Shown piece by piece: positions 36,326 through 49,900 of a stretch of 64,000 nt of DNA. Where the stretch lies: contig NW_003314261.1 of the NCBI RefSeq assembly GCF_000143415.4, positions 2,305,266 to 2,369,265 on the forward strand, given 5' to 3'. A program made the position numbers and the translations under genes. The notes under the pieces are model-generated. The model did no database searches. It was not told the DNA's origin and saw only the letters and a program-made list of their open reading frames with translations. Within the stretch, counting starts at the first letter, position 1. Each line of letters opens with the position of its first letter. The stretch comes from Selaginella moellendorffii. Its lineage: Eukaryota; Plantae; Lycopodiophyta.

Positions 36326-37056
36326 AGTGGCAATATTACCTTGGGAGCACTTCAAAATTTACATGGATAATGTGGCAACGAAACACTTCTTGTCGCAACC
36401 CAACCTAAGAGGGAAACAAGTTTGGTGGGCCAAAGGTTTAGCTGAGTTTGATTGTGAGATTCTGTATAAACCTGTGAAGAACAACATTGTGGTGGATGCT
36501 CTAAGTCGAAAATTGAGCTTGAAGTTGGAGATATTTAGCGCGACAGCAAGTTTTTGGGACGATGTGCGAACAGTGTATAAGAACAATGGTCTAGCACAAG
36601 AAGTGTTGCTGAGGAACCAAGAGGTGCGAGAAGCTCACCAAAGAGGTGAGCTGCCAACAAAAGAGAAAATAGGTTATGCGGAACGCAATGGACTCATTTA
36701 TTATAAACAAACAAGGGTGTATGTTTTAGAAAGGGAATTAAGGTAGCCTTAGAAGAGTGTCATGATAGACCTCTTGCAAGATACGGTGGAGTGCCCAAGA
36801 CAATAGGTTTACTCAAAAGGAAGTATCACTGGTTAGATATGGTTAAGGACGTTCAAGATTATATAAAGACATGTCCAACATGTTAGTAGGTCAAAGCCGT
36901 GACTAAGGCTAGTGGGGGCTTGTTACAAATGCTGTAGGGGGCGCTAAAAATGTTTTACGATAGACTTCATCACGGGAATCCCCTCCAAGTGAGGGGTTTG
37001 ATGCAATATTCATAGTGGTGGACCGATTTTTTAAAATGGCACATTTCATACCCACC
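36326..37056 (+). pseudogene. Element A RNase H end and integrase N-terminus
   Basis: NIVVDALSR, TRVYV, CPTC, VVDRFFKMAHFIPT. Confidence 0.85.
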
Positions 37057-38060
37057 TGTAAGCGACTAAATTTTCCATTCTACTTTAGTCACTTAACCAC
37101 ACCTTCGACCACTTGGAGGCGTCTCACTCACAACCTCCTTAGCCCAATTCAGGACTTGGGACTTGCTAGCCCCGAGAATGGCATCCTTGCCACTCAACAC
37201 TTGCACATGGTCCAAGTGCTCCACGTGTCCGGTCCCAAGACCGACACCCAAAGGTACCACTGACATCTCGGCCCGTTACGCTACGGCCATGCCCACTCAC
37301 TTTTGCTGCACTAGTGGTCCAACACCACTTGCATCACCATCCCATCTCTCCAAGACTGGGCCATGTGTCCACGAGTGGTCATCCTAGATCCACTCCTTAG
37401 CATCCTTAGGATGCCCACAGACCTGGGAAATCGCCTTCCCCAAAGTCCCTTTGTCAGTTCCTACCAGGTCCCTTTCTGCCCTTGGCTGTGTTGGCCAACA
37501 CTGCCACTGGATCGAGGCCCACAGGCCCGACCACTAAGTCCCATGGTCCTTTGGGACTTCCTCACCACACGACTGTGTCCCTGGTCACTACCCCAGAGGA
37601 CTGCTCCTCTTCCTTTCCACAGTCTAGGCCTTTGGGACAACATTTCGGAACACCATGGCCTTACGCGAGCCACCTGGGTACTCTCCCCGCCTTTCGCCTT
37701 TAGGTGCTCTAGCCATGGGCTTAGAGCGAGGTTCCGTTGAGCCACACCTGGTATCCAAGTAGGTAGTGCCACCCACACTTGGACTGGGAGCATCGGCCAG
37801 TCGATCTCCCGGGGGAACTAGAGCCGGCTCTTGAACACTTCACCAAGCTACCCCGCTTGTCGGTCCGTGTTCACTCTAGTCTTGGACTTCCCAGTGGGCA
37901 GCTCATCACCCAACACTGGGTCCGGCCTTCCTGGGCCAAACTGGCCTTTCCTGGCCAAACTGGCTCCACTACAGTCCTCCCCCTACTATACTTTTGGGGC
38001 TCACCAAACCCCCCAGGGTCTGGGAGACGAACGCTTTGGGCTTTCACCCTCTCAGGCTCT

Positions 38061-38705
38061 GGACTCGGGCTCGGACTCGGACTCGGACTCGGACTCGGAC
38101 TCGGACTCGGACTCGGACTCGGACTTGGACTCGGATTTGGACTCGGACTCGGCCTCGGCCTCGGCCTCGGTCTCGGTCTCGGTCCCGATCGCGGTCTCGG
38201 TCTCGGTCTCGGTCCCGGTCTCGGTCCCGGTCTCGGTCTCGACTTCGGACTCCATCTCGGACTCCATCTCGGACTCCATCTCGGACTCCATCTCGGACTC
38301 CATCTCGGGTCCATCTCGGACTCCATCTCGGACTCCATCTCGGACTCCATCTCGGGTCCATCTCGGACTCCATCTCGGACTCCATTTCGGGTCCATCTCG
38401 GGTCCACCTCAGACTCCATCTCGGGTCCATCTCGGACTCCACTTCGGACTCCGACTCGGGTCCATCTCGGGTCCACCTCGGACTCCATCTCGGACTCCAT
38501 CTCGGACTCCATCTCGGACTCCACTTCGGACTCCAACTCGGGTCCATCTCGGGTCCACCTCGGACTCCACTTCGGACTCCAACTCGGGTCCATCTCGGAC
38601 TCCACTTCGGACTCCAACTCGGGTCCATCTCGGACTCCACTTCGGACTCCAACTCGGGTCCATCTCGGACTCCACTTCGGACTCCAACTCGAGTCCATCT
38701 CGGAC
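38061..38705. repeat. LTR-internal minisatellite (GGACTC, GGTCTC and GGACTCCATCTC units), 3' LTR of C
   Basis: Directly visible 6- and 12-bp unit array. Confidence 0.95.
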
Positions 38706-41700
38706 ACTCCCACGTGTCATGTGTTGGTCCTTTTGGGTCCCTTTTTGGAGCCTCGCCTTTTGCTCGCTTCGTGCTCGTTCCTCGAGCACTTCGTTGGGAG
38801 TTCCACTCCCGCTCTTGACTTTTCAAGTCGGAGCTTTTGGTCCAAACGTGTTACGCTCGTTTGGCTCTCGCTTCGGCCACTACCATGTGGCGCCCTTCCG
38901 GCTCCACTTTGGGGCCTAGGGATTTTGTGTCTCACAACTCCACCACCCATAGACGAAGTTCGATGTCCTCATCGAACGGTAAACCCTTTCATAAAGTAAC
39001 ACCCACACGTGTTACCATTTCCATCCTTGGCACCTAGCCAATCTTTGTCTATGGTTTGACATCAAAGGCTCACCATGCCTTGTCCATCTTTTAAGGAGCA
39101 TAGTCTCTCCAACTTAGAGACTGATTGGACCACATGTAATGGTTCTCTCCTTTTATTGGTTTAGTTCTCGCTAAACCTCTTAGAGACCCTTCTCTAAGTC
39201 AATCCCACTACTCCTTCTCAAGTAGTCTCAATTTCCATCGATATAACCTTTGCACTTTGGAACTTTGAATTTTGACTTCTTGGAGTCAATTTCCTAGGTG
39301 TCTCCGACACCTTGCCTTGCACCTTTTGTGCAACTCCACTTCCCATCCTAGGAAGTTCTCTACTCGAGGGCACCATCATCCTCTCTTCTATTTCGTGCCA
39401 AAGTTCCAGTTATCATACTTTGTGCTAGGGCTGTTCATGGCCCTATCATTTGGCTACCTTACCACTCCCTCCCTTGGAGCTTCCACTTTCGCCAAATCGG
39501 AGCATTTCGGAATCCCTCCTTGGAAACACACTTCCTTTCCCGCAACTTGTTAGCGTCCAACACATTAGTGTTCCTCGCCTAACTTTGTCACTTGGATTCC
39601 TTCCAAGGGATTCCACGGCCCTATCTTGGCCACTCATCTTTTGCTCCTATCCGTTGATTGTTGCACCAAGCAACATTGAATCTCTACCTCCCTCCTTGAG
39701 GTATTGTTTCGGTTCCATAGCAAAGACTCCTCTTTGCCAAGTCCAGAGGATGTTCACCCCTAGTACGTCTCTTTAGCATCTTCTGCTATGGGCTCTATCC
39801 ACGGCCCAACTTCGTGACCCTCCCATGGGTCTCTTATAGAGACTACTTTCCTCGGACTCACTATGCCATCGCACAGACATAGTTTATTTCCCTTAGGTGC
39901 TCTTCCCACTTGGTTATCACGACCAAGCCACACCACCTTAAACAGTTCAATTTCAACATTTTGAACCAGGAACTTCATTCCTTAGCCAACCAAGGACCTT
40001 GTCCTTATCTGGCCATAAGATCACCTAGTGATCTCACCTTGGCACCTTAACAGATTTGCCAAGAGGTACTTGGTTTTCTAGACCTCCAAGTTGTTGACTA
40101 TAACCCCGGGGGCATCCCCCACACTTGGCGGTGCACCCAAGCTAGCCCTTACGGCCAAGGGTTCATAGCAACTGAGATTAGGTGTCCCCATCTCACTCAC
40201 CACGACCTTGGTGCCACTTGCACCAAAGTGTTCAAGTTAGATATGCTGAGCTTTCACACTAAGCAATCTAACCGTGCATCACGACTCCGAGGCATCCCTC
40301 GCTTGGCGGTGTGCCCAAACCAGTCTCCCGACTGAGAGTCCATGACCACCAAAATATGAGTGTCCTCATATTCCAAACCATCACCACGCCCTAGTGATTT
40401 GGGACTCGAACCCAAGCACTAGAGGGTCGGGACTCGAACCCAACCTCCGTATATGCATCTACGGACGGCATCACCCAAGATGCCTGGCGTGACTCCCCAC
40501 ACCGGTGCACCAACCTATTTTTAAAGCGCGCTACAGATCACAGCTTAGGAACCTAGTTCCTCCACACTGCCAAGTCCTCTCACTTGACATGCCTGTGATC
40601 ATGCATGGACTCCTCCGTGCTCGGCCCCATGGCCCACCCTTTTTGAAGTTATCACCTTCAACTAGGGTCTTTGTTCCCCCGACGTGCCAATCTCACTTGG
40701 CAAGTCCTCCGACCATTGTAACATGGTTCCTGCATAAGCGTGAAAGTCCTTGACCATCGACTTTCGTTCAAAGCCCTCTCTTTGAACACTCGGGAACTAC
40801 TTCCCTAACCTTGATAACCTTGCCTCATGGCAAGCTTCAAGACCACGCTTCTGTTGCGCCACTCTGATTTCGCGCGTTCCATGAACCATTTACACTTGGC
40901 CTTTCTAGGTACTACGCTACCTAGAATCGTCTTTGGGAACCTTGAAGGAACTCTGTCCCTCAGCTTGCTAAGGCCTCCCCTTTCGCAAGCTTTATAGTTG
41001 CCATATAGTCTAACATGGACAATTCCATATTTTAGACTCTCCATGGCATCACGGTTGTTAGCAACAACACCCTCGAGCACCCTCTTGATTCTCCACTCCC
41101 AACTTTCATAACCACTGTTGGATATGCCCTTTGATTTCTATGGTTCAATTCCATCCCAATACTACTTGCTTTTGGCTTCACACCTTTCCTTCGGTCATTC
41201 TCCTCCAGACCAAGAGGATAGCTTTGCACTTTCTATCATGCTTTAGCAAGTATTCTTAGGGATGAACCTACCCAATAGCCTAGGGAGTGGTTCCTCAATC
41301 CGGGTATGCTCACCTTATAATCCCACACTGGGATTACATTGTTGCTTATGGGCCTTTACATGCCCATCACTAGCCTTGCCAAAATTCCATTTTTGGCTTT
41401 GTCCAATTCGGGTAGACAGTCCTCTCCTGTCTCCGCAACCTTGGACATTTGGATAGCACCTTCTATCCATCATTCGCTAGAGACTTAATCCCTTGGGCTT
41501 TATCCATTGCCCTCGCGACATCAAACACCACCTTCTGGTGTTCTAGAGTGTCCGGGTGTCCCAATGATGGCTTTTTTGACAATGAGTATTTCCTTTTATG
41601 ACATTGACTTACTATATTGCAACATAAGCAACTTATCCCCCGTAAGGGTATATCCAACTTCCTTATGCTATTAAGAAGTCTTGGGTAGCTACCTTCTACC

Positions 41701-43990
41701 CGTTTAACCAGTTATTTTGCACCTCTTGCTTAGTTGCCTCATAGTTGTCAAGTCCTACAACTCATTGCTTGGTGCTTTCACACCTCCATCATTATCTGGG
41801 TCACCACACTCCAACTGCATGCTCTGCAGCTTAGGCTATGCTATTCCCATTTCCATTGGGATTCCTTTGGCAAGGGGTTCTCATGAACCCACCAACATAG
41901 CCTCAAAGTATCACACCTTGGCACATTTGGTGTCTCCACACCATCGGCTCCACGAGCCTACCTCTATGACATTTCCCCTTCGTGTCTAAGTCTTTGCCAA
42001 GACCAACACCGCTCTTTCTCATGCCAACCATCCGTTAGCACTGCACCATAGAGGTCACACACAACTTTATGTCAGAGTTGTTTTCTTCTGGGAACACCTT
42101 TCCCATAACTTTAGCATGGCATATTTTGCCATTGATGAGATACCCTCTGTTCTCATCCTTGGATCCTATGATCCCCCCCCATCCTTTGTGGGGTACAACA
42201 CACCTCAGTCCAAATGTTTCCATCAGTCCTTTTAGGACCATCCGTTGACTCTACTTGAGTCATCTAGCAATTTTGGACTTGGTTAATCCACAGACCCGTA
42301 AGGTCCTACTTGTGAGGCACTAGCTCACTGGAATACACTTCTTGCATTCCTGTCCTACTCAAAAGGACTATTTTCACAAGTGTTACTCCGACACTTGATT
42401 TTGTTCTCTGGGGGCAACCTTTGCCCCTTAGGACTACTTGTCCATGTGATGAGAATACCAACTCATCCACTCAATACACCCCCAACTCCTTGGGTTGTTC
42501 CAGCATTTATTAGAGGTAGCCCCGGCTACCATTTCAAGGACTTGAGTCCTCTTCCGTATTTGACCTTCCACGGTCATTACCTTTGGTCTCACATTCATGA
42601 GCACCAACCTCAGCTACATGAGGATAATCTTGTGACTCCTTTATTGTTTTGGAGTCTCTATCTTTCCCATGATCCCAACTTTAGTTGTTTACCACAACAA
42701 CCTTAGCCAATTTGCTGAGACAAATGCTCATCCGGATCACATCCTCAACTCAATGAGGAAAACCTTGCACTGTTCCCAAGATCCCAAAGTCGTTCCATTA
42801 TTGGCACTTTTCTATCCACCACCTCGTCTACAAGTTCACACATGAACTGTAATGGAGAGCCATGTCTTCCCAACTTGCTACTCCTCAACGATAGACCCAC
42901 TCCTTGGACCTTCCGATGCCAACACTAGTGGTGATATAATTGAGCACCAATAAAAGTCGGACTAAGGAACAGCTCCGATACCAAGTTGTAAGCGACTAAA
43001 TTTTCCATTCTACTTTAGTCACTTAACCACACCTTCGACCACTTGGAGGCGTCTCACTCACAACCTCCTTAGCCCAATTCAGGACTTGGGACTTGCTAGC
43101 CCCGAGAATGGCATCCTTGCCACTCAACACTTGCACATGGTCCAAGTGCTCCACGTGTCCGGTCCCAAGACCGACACCCAAAGGTACCACTGACATCTCG
43201 GCCCGTTACGCTACGGCCATGCCCACTCACTTTTGCTGCACTAGTGGTCCAACACCACTTGCATCACCATCCCATCTCTCCAAGACTGGGCCATGTGTCC
43301 ACGAGTGGTCATCCTAGATCCACTCCTTAGCATCCTTAGGATGCCCACAGACCTGGGAAATCACCTTCCCCAAAGTCCCTTTGTCAGTTCCTACCAGGTC
43401 CCTTTCTGCCCTTGGCTGTGTTGGCCAACACTGCCACTGGATCGAGGCCCACAGGCCCGACCACTAAGTCCCATGGTCCTTTGGGACTTCCTCACCACAC
43501 GACTGTGTCCCTGGTCACTACCCCAGAGGACTGCTCCTCTTCCTTTCCACAGTCTAGGCCTTTGGGACAACATTTCGGAACACCGTGGCCTTACGCGAGC
43601 CACCTGGGTACTCTCCCCGCCTTTCGCCTTTAGGTGCTCTAGCCATGGGCTTAGAGCGAGGTTCCGTTGAGCCACACCTGGTATCCAAGTAGGTAGTGCC
43701 ACCCACACTTGGACTGGGAGCATCGGCCAGTCGATCTCCCGGGGGAACTAGAGCCGGCTCTTGAACACTTCACCAAGCTACCCCGCTTGTCGGTCCGTGT
43801 TCACTCTAGTCTTGGACTTCCCAGTGGGCAGCTCATCACCCAACACTGGGTCCGGCCTTCCTGGGCCAAACTGGCCTTTCCTGGCCAAACTGGCTCCACT
43901 GCAGTCCTCCCCCTACTATACTTTTGGGGCTCACCAAACCCCCCAGGGTCTGGGAGACGAACGCTTTGGGCTTTCACCCTCTCAGGCTCT

Positions 43991-44622
43991 GGACTCGGGC
44001 TCGGACTCGGACTCGGACTCGGACTCGGACTCGGACTCGGACTCGGACTCGGATTCGGACTCGGACTCGGGCTCGGCCTCGGCCTCGGTCTCGGTCTCGG
44101 TCCCGATCTCGGTCTCGGTCTCGGTCTCGGTCCCGGTCTCGGTCCCGGTCTCGGTCTCGACTTCGGACTCCATCTCGGACTCCATCTCGGACTCCATTTC
44201 GAGTCCATCTCGGGTCCACCTCAAACTCCATCTCGGGTCCATCTCGGACTCCACTTCGGACTCCAACTCGGGTCCATCTCGGGTCCACCTCGGACTCCAT
44301 CTCGGACTCCATCTCGGACTCCATCTCGGACTCCACTTCGGACTCCAACTCGGGTCCATCTTGGGTCCACCTCGGACTCCACTTCGGACTCCAACTCGGG
44401 TCCATCTCGGACTCCACTTTGGACTCCAACTCGAGTCCATCTCGGACTCCACTTCGGACTCCAACTCGGGTCCATCTCGGACTCCACTTCGGACTCCAAC
44501 TCGAGTCCATCTCGGACTCCACTTCGGACTCCAACTCGGGTCCATCTCGGACTCCACTTCGGACTCCAACTCGAGTCCATCTCGGACTCCACTTCGGACT
44601 CCAACTCGAGTCCATCTCGGAC
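43991..44622. repeat. LTR-internal minisatellite, 5' LTR of C
   Basis: Same units, different number and order from 38061-38705. Confidence 0.95.
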
Positions 44623-44858
44623 ACTCCCACGTGTCATGTGTTGGTCCTTTTGGGTCCCTTTTTGGAGCCTCGCCTTTTGCTCGCTTCGTGCTCGTTCCTC
44701 GAGCACTTCGTTGGGAGTTCCACTCCCGCTCTTGACTTTTCAAGTCGGAGCTTTTGGTCCAAACGTGTTACGCTCGTTTGGCTCTCGCTTCGGCCACTAC
44801 CATGTGGCGCCCTTCCGGCTCCACTTTGGGGCCTAGGGATTTTATGTCTCACACCACC

Positions 44859-45870
44859 ACAATGGAAGTGGATGCAGAAGGTGTGGCGAAGCTGTTCTTC
44901 GAATAAGTGGTTTGAGTGTGGGGAAGGCCAGAAGAGCTTATCTCAGATCGAGATAAAATCTTCACTAGTAGGTTCTGAAAAACTCTCTTGAAATAGTATT
45001 GCACCAAGTTGAAATTCAGCACATCCTATCACCCACTTCTTGACAAACAGACAAATGAAAAGGGTGAATAGGCAGCTGGGGGATTATTTGCAATGCTATG
45101 TCTCAGGAGACCAGACCGATTGGGTAAGTCATTTGGGACTTGCAGAAATGTGCTATAACAACTCACCACACTTGAGTATCAGGGTGAGTCCATGGGAAGT
45201 CATCAATGGGCGAGCTATTGAAGGTCATGTGGAACTCGGCATGACTGAATATCATGGAGAGTTACTCGCAGTGGAGGCATTCACGGAGGAAAGACTCAAC
45301 ATTTGGAATTTAGTGAAGGATTCCTTGGAACAGACTCAACAAAGGCAGACCAAGTATGCAAACCAAAAGCACCAAGACGTGGAGTTCCAACTTGGGGAGA
45401 AGGTGTGGCTGAACACCAAGAACCTAAGGTTACCAAGTGGGATCAGTCAGAAGCTGACCCAAAGGTAAAAATGCATGTATTCCTGGAAATGAACTGATCT
45501 GGAGTCCCTTGAGCAGGTTTGTGAGGCCTTACGAGATTGAGGCACAAATTGGATAGGTGGTTTACCACCTCCAACTTCCTCGAGAGATGGGGAAGATACA
45601 CTTGTGTTCCATGTGAACTTACTCAAGCCGTATTTTGAGGATCTGCTTCGCAAGGACCAAATGAGATCTTTACCTAAGGTTATCCAAGGGGAAGAAGAAT
45701 ACGAAGTCGAGGCCATTCTCAATGTGCGCAAGAGCAAGTGACAAGGATGTGAGGTGAGGGAGTTCCATGTGAAGTGGAAAGGATTTCCACACTACGAAGT
45801 AACATGGGAATTGGAGGAAAACCTAATGAACATGTGGGATCTAGTGGAGGAATTTTTGCAACGTAGAACT
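44859..45870 (+). pseudogene. Element A integrase core and chromodomain
   Basis: RVNRQLGDYLQCYV, VFHVNLLKPY, EEEYEVEAILNVR, FHVKWKGFPHYEVTWELEENL. Confidence 0.88.
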
Positions 45871-46294
45871 TTATGTATTTATGCAAAATTCAATAAAAAA
45901 CTCTATTTTGAGAAATTGAGCAATGTCATATGTTGGGACCCAAATGCGCGCCAAAGGTAAGCTAATTAGCATGGGTTAACTAAGTTGACCAGGCGTAGGG
46001 AACTACACCTGACTCCCCACAGGGATGTCGAATCCATAGACATATTCTACAGAGTTGGGTTCGAGTCCCCTAGTAAAGCAAGGTTGGGTTCAAGTCCCAA
46101 CCCCATACTAGGGTTTGGTGAGGTGAGGGGTATAGGGACACTTATATTCTATTGTCATGGGCTCTTGGCTAGGGAGGCTAATTTAGGCACACCGCTAAGT
46201 GGGGAGATGCCCCTGGAGACATAAGCAACAAGTCATAGGATTAAAAAAGAGATGTTTGATGTGAGTATTGAACTTCTTCTATGGGTGGTGGAAT

Positions 46295-46999
46295 TGTAAG
46301 GAACTAACTCCCCGAGGTGTCATAGGCTAAAGGATCCCTGAAAACACAACCAAAATAAAAAAAAATTCATCTGATAGGACTGAGTCTGAGATCAAGTCCA
46401 AGACCAACTCTGAAACTGAGTCCAAGATCGGGAAGTGCTCAAGAGCAGCTCCCACTCCCAGAAGGGAAATAGACTATGATGCTCCTGGCTCATATGGAGT
46501 GGTGCCCCACTTGAGTACCTTATGGCTCATTGGTCCTCACCCTTCCTAGGGGCTTGGGCCTTTCCCTCGGGATAAAAGTGGGGGAGTAGGGGTACCCATA
46601 CCAGGGCGTTAGGCCGTAATGTTTCCCCCCAGCGTCCCGAAGCAAGTGTTGCACCCAAAGTTTGGGGTTTAGAGAGTCCCATGATCAAATCTTATTGTAC
46701 CAAAGGATGTTAGGAACCTAGAGGTTTAGTGTGCTTGGCGGCTCGTGCCTGTGAGGAGTGTAGCCAAACCTTAAGTCCAATGTAACTCAAGGAGGGGGAT
46801 TGGAAGAGATTGGGAATCCATAGATGGATGGTTAATGCTCCATTGCTCATGCAGTGAGTAGTTGAAACTATAGGACCAAGTAAAAGTTAGTAGAATAGGC
46901 GAGAACCTTGGAAAGGGAATTTAGCTAAGGTCAAAGTGGTGTTGGTTAGATAGACAAGGTAAACTGGCAAATTGGAAAAAAAAAAATTTATGGCTTACA
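46295..46999 (+). repeat. 3' LTR of element A (705 bp)
   Basis: TGTAAG...CTTACA inverted termini, preceded by GGGTGGTGGAAT polypurine tract. Confidence 0.85.
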
Positions 47000-49900
47000 A
47001 TATGATGGAATGAAATGTTTCATTTGCACAAGTTTGCGTTTGGGCTTGTGAGAGAGGCATATTAACAATTCAAAATTACACTTTGAGTTGGCAAGATTAA
47101 TGTTAACCTATTAGTGGTTCCATAAGTTGTTCCATGTACTATAGGTAAAAGTAAACCTCCCTTAGGTTTGTTATAAGTGGAAAATAAACTAGTCTATAGC
47201 GATTTAGCACAGCACTAGTGAATCCTTCCTAGGCATGATTATAAGTGGATCAATCAAGACTGTAGGGATTAGTCTAATGGTTCAAGTAATCATTACTGTG
47301 CTCTCTTATAAACTTTTCTTAGATTGAACTAAAGGCAATGCTAACGCAAGTTTGAGGTTTGATCAAAGATGAGACCAAAAAGAAAGTTGTCAGGGATGAA
47401 GGATCAAACATGTAAATCATTTTCTTTACTAGTAAAGATGATTTGCAATGAAGTGTGATTCATTGCTAGTGTTTATATTATGCAATTGAGAGTCCCTACT
47501 TTGATGCATGCTGGAAATGATAGTCTTATAAGTGGTGAGTTGTGGAATGGATAACAATGAAGCATTAAACCATTTTATCTAGGCTTACTATTGAAGATTG
47601 AATTGCAATGCTCAATTCTTTTCTAGGGAACCTTGCTATTGCTTTTTGAGTAGCTTAGTGTTGGATTAGTTTTGAGTTTGGTCGGAAAAAGAGTGACATG
47701 AACTTGTCTATATTGTGAATAAAGTTAATGGTCTTCGGTGTTGTAAATCTCTATCAATGGGGTATGACATTTATGTTGCATTCTATCAAATTGAGTTGGC
47801 ACTTAATATTCACATAAACTTTGAAGTAATGATATGGGCATTGCTTGTGGTGTTGCTCAATTGATGATCAAGTCAATGTGACTTCCGTATCATATTCATG
47901 TGAAAGTGAGTAATATGGTTACGAAGTTTCTTAGTCAAACGATGATCAACCCCAAAATAGTTGATAGTGAAGCTAATCTACTTGCACATAGCAGTATTGC
48001 AGTAACTTTGACTAGATTCTAATAATGATCCATTATGCTAAACTTAAATTGATACTTTATTTCTTTAAAGGTTTGCCTATTGAGGTGTTGGAAAGGGTTA
48101 TACCATTCACTTGCTATGACTTGTTGGTTATCTGTTAGCACTTGTGTAAATTGTTGAATGGAGAAAATGTGTAATTGAGGCATTGACATCGCTAGCACTT
48201 ATGTTAATGAAAGTGGCATTGTTGTTTCGACTAATAAGGAATTTTCTTTAGAACTTGATTTTCTATATCATTTTTTTTGTTAGTGTTTTAGCTTCATATT
48301 GGATTTTAAAGGTGATTGAAGAAGAGTGTTAGTGCAATGTGGATATCTGAAAATATGGTCTTCATGATCAAACCTTAAATGTTCATTTTGCATTTTGGCA
48401 GATGTCAATGTTGAATGTCGGATATATGGGTAAAGATGTTCAATGCTTAAACATACTATTGGGTCATGAAAGTTTGTGTTGAGGTGAACTTATATGAAGT
48501 TGTTAGTAGGAGGAAGTTTGTTGAGGCTTAAAAGTTTGTATTCTTAGACTGAGAGTGATTCTTTTTCTAGGTTGGAAAATTTTCCATAAATTTTCTTAGG
48601 TTTTTCCAATGGTTGATCTATTGATCACTTTGCTCGAAAACCATTCTATTTTTGTAAGTTAGTACAAACTAGTGAAGGGGTTAGAATTCACTTTGATTAG
48701 CCTAAACCTTAGTAAATAATTTATATAATGCAACCAAAAAGGGATGTTAACCTTTGAGGCTAAGGCAATTAAGTTGGATAAAATTTAGAGTTGGTGTAGA
48801 AAAGTGGCTATTGTGCTTTTCTAAGAAGGGTGACCCTTGTGACTTTCTTCTATAATGTTATGTTAAGTGGTAAATTGTCACCTTGCATTTTATTAAACTC
48901 TATGAGAGTAATAAGCTCTCACTAATCTTGACTTGGTCTTGGTAGCCTTATGTCTTGGCTGAGTATAGTGATATCCAACTTAGTTGTTTGAGGTTGAGAT
49001 GTTTGTACTATTATTTTGTCTATAAGGAGGTTTATATGGCTCGAAAGAAGAAAATGTGTAAGCTCTCTTATTGGCCTTCAACATTAGACAATAATCATCC
49101 TTCATACTGATATGAGTTCATCTCATGGTCTTCACTTTAGTTTCGACTAAGTGTTGATCATGCATAGCTCTTTAAGGCATATTTAGAGCTATTAGCTATA
49201 TGTGTTGGTGAGTTTATTGCAATTCAATTGGATTCGAGTGGTCATTTAGTTTATGCTTATCCATGTTCTTATATCTCATATCTGAGGTATTATGTTCATG
49301 TTGGACAAGTATATGACTCAATAACGTAAGTTTAGTGTTTGGGTCTTATGAAGGCAAGTTGAAGAGCAATTGTTAGTTGCTTAGCAACTAGTAATTGCTT
49401 ATAAATTTTGTTGAGGACTATTGACACTTGCTTTACTCAATGAAGATTTATCAGTGATGGGCTTGTTTACTAGATGGTGTTGTGGAGGATTGTGTCGTTA
49501 GACTTACATGGTTTTTCCATATTGATATATCAACTTTATCTTTGTTAATATCATTTGGTTGCACTTAGTTCGTAGTGTTGGATTTCATTGAGTTTTGGAT
49601 GTGGTGATTCACTCCTTGATAAAGTGTTATTTGTAACTGAGTTTTGCTGAATGATTGGTCTCATATACTGATTAAAGTATTTTTGACTTTAGTTAGCTTA
49701 ATTGCTAGAAAGTTTTGGGAATTCACTCTTGCTTTCTTTTAGTTTTGTTTTGGTGTTGGTGACAATGAAGTGATGCCTTGTCGTTGATATTATTGTTATT
49801 GTGATTCAAGTAAAGTGAGATGTCTCTCTGTAGAATTGATATTGAGTTTCATTAGTCTCGATAAAGATAATATTGATAATTTGGTTGTAACTTTGTGTTA

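Larger units (their letters stand above)
37057..44853 (-). mobile_element. Non-autonomous LTR element C (LARD-like), inserted in integrase of A
   Basis: LTRs 37057-38936 and 42987-44853; TSD CCACC on both sides; minus-strand PBS TGGTATCGGAGC next to 42987; PPT next to 38936. The 4.05-kb interior has no recognisable pol ORF. Confidence 0.92.
17867..46999 (+). mobile_element. Ty3/Gypsy chromovirus A (degenerate host of the nest; rest of the 5' LTR lies upstream of the LINE, outside the window)
   Basis: 5' LTR tail ends TTTACA at 17982; PBS TGGTATTGGAGC 17986-17997; gag with CFNCFEVGHFSKEC; PR; RT (YIDD); RH; INT; chromodomain (YEVEAIL..FHVKWKGFPHYEVTWE); PPT 46281-46294; 3' LTR 46295-46999. 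Confidence 0.9.

Noticed and set aside
37779-38999. Long GL-, SD- and RT/RS-repeat ORFs in all frames (also 43709-44991)
   Set aside because: They arise from stop-free 6/12-bp minisatellite units inside LTRs, and frames differ between the two LTRs.
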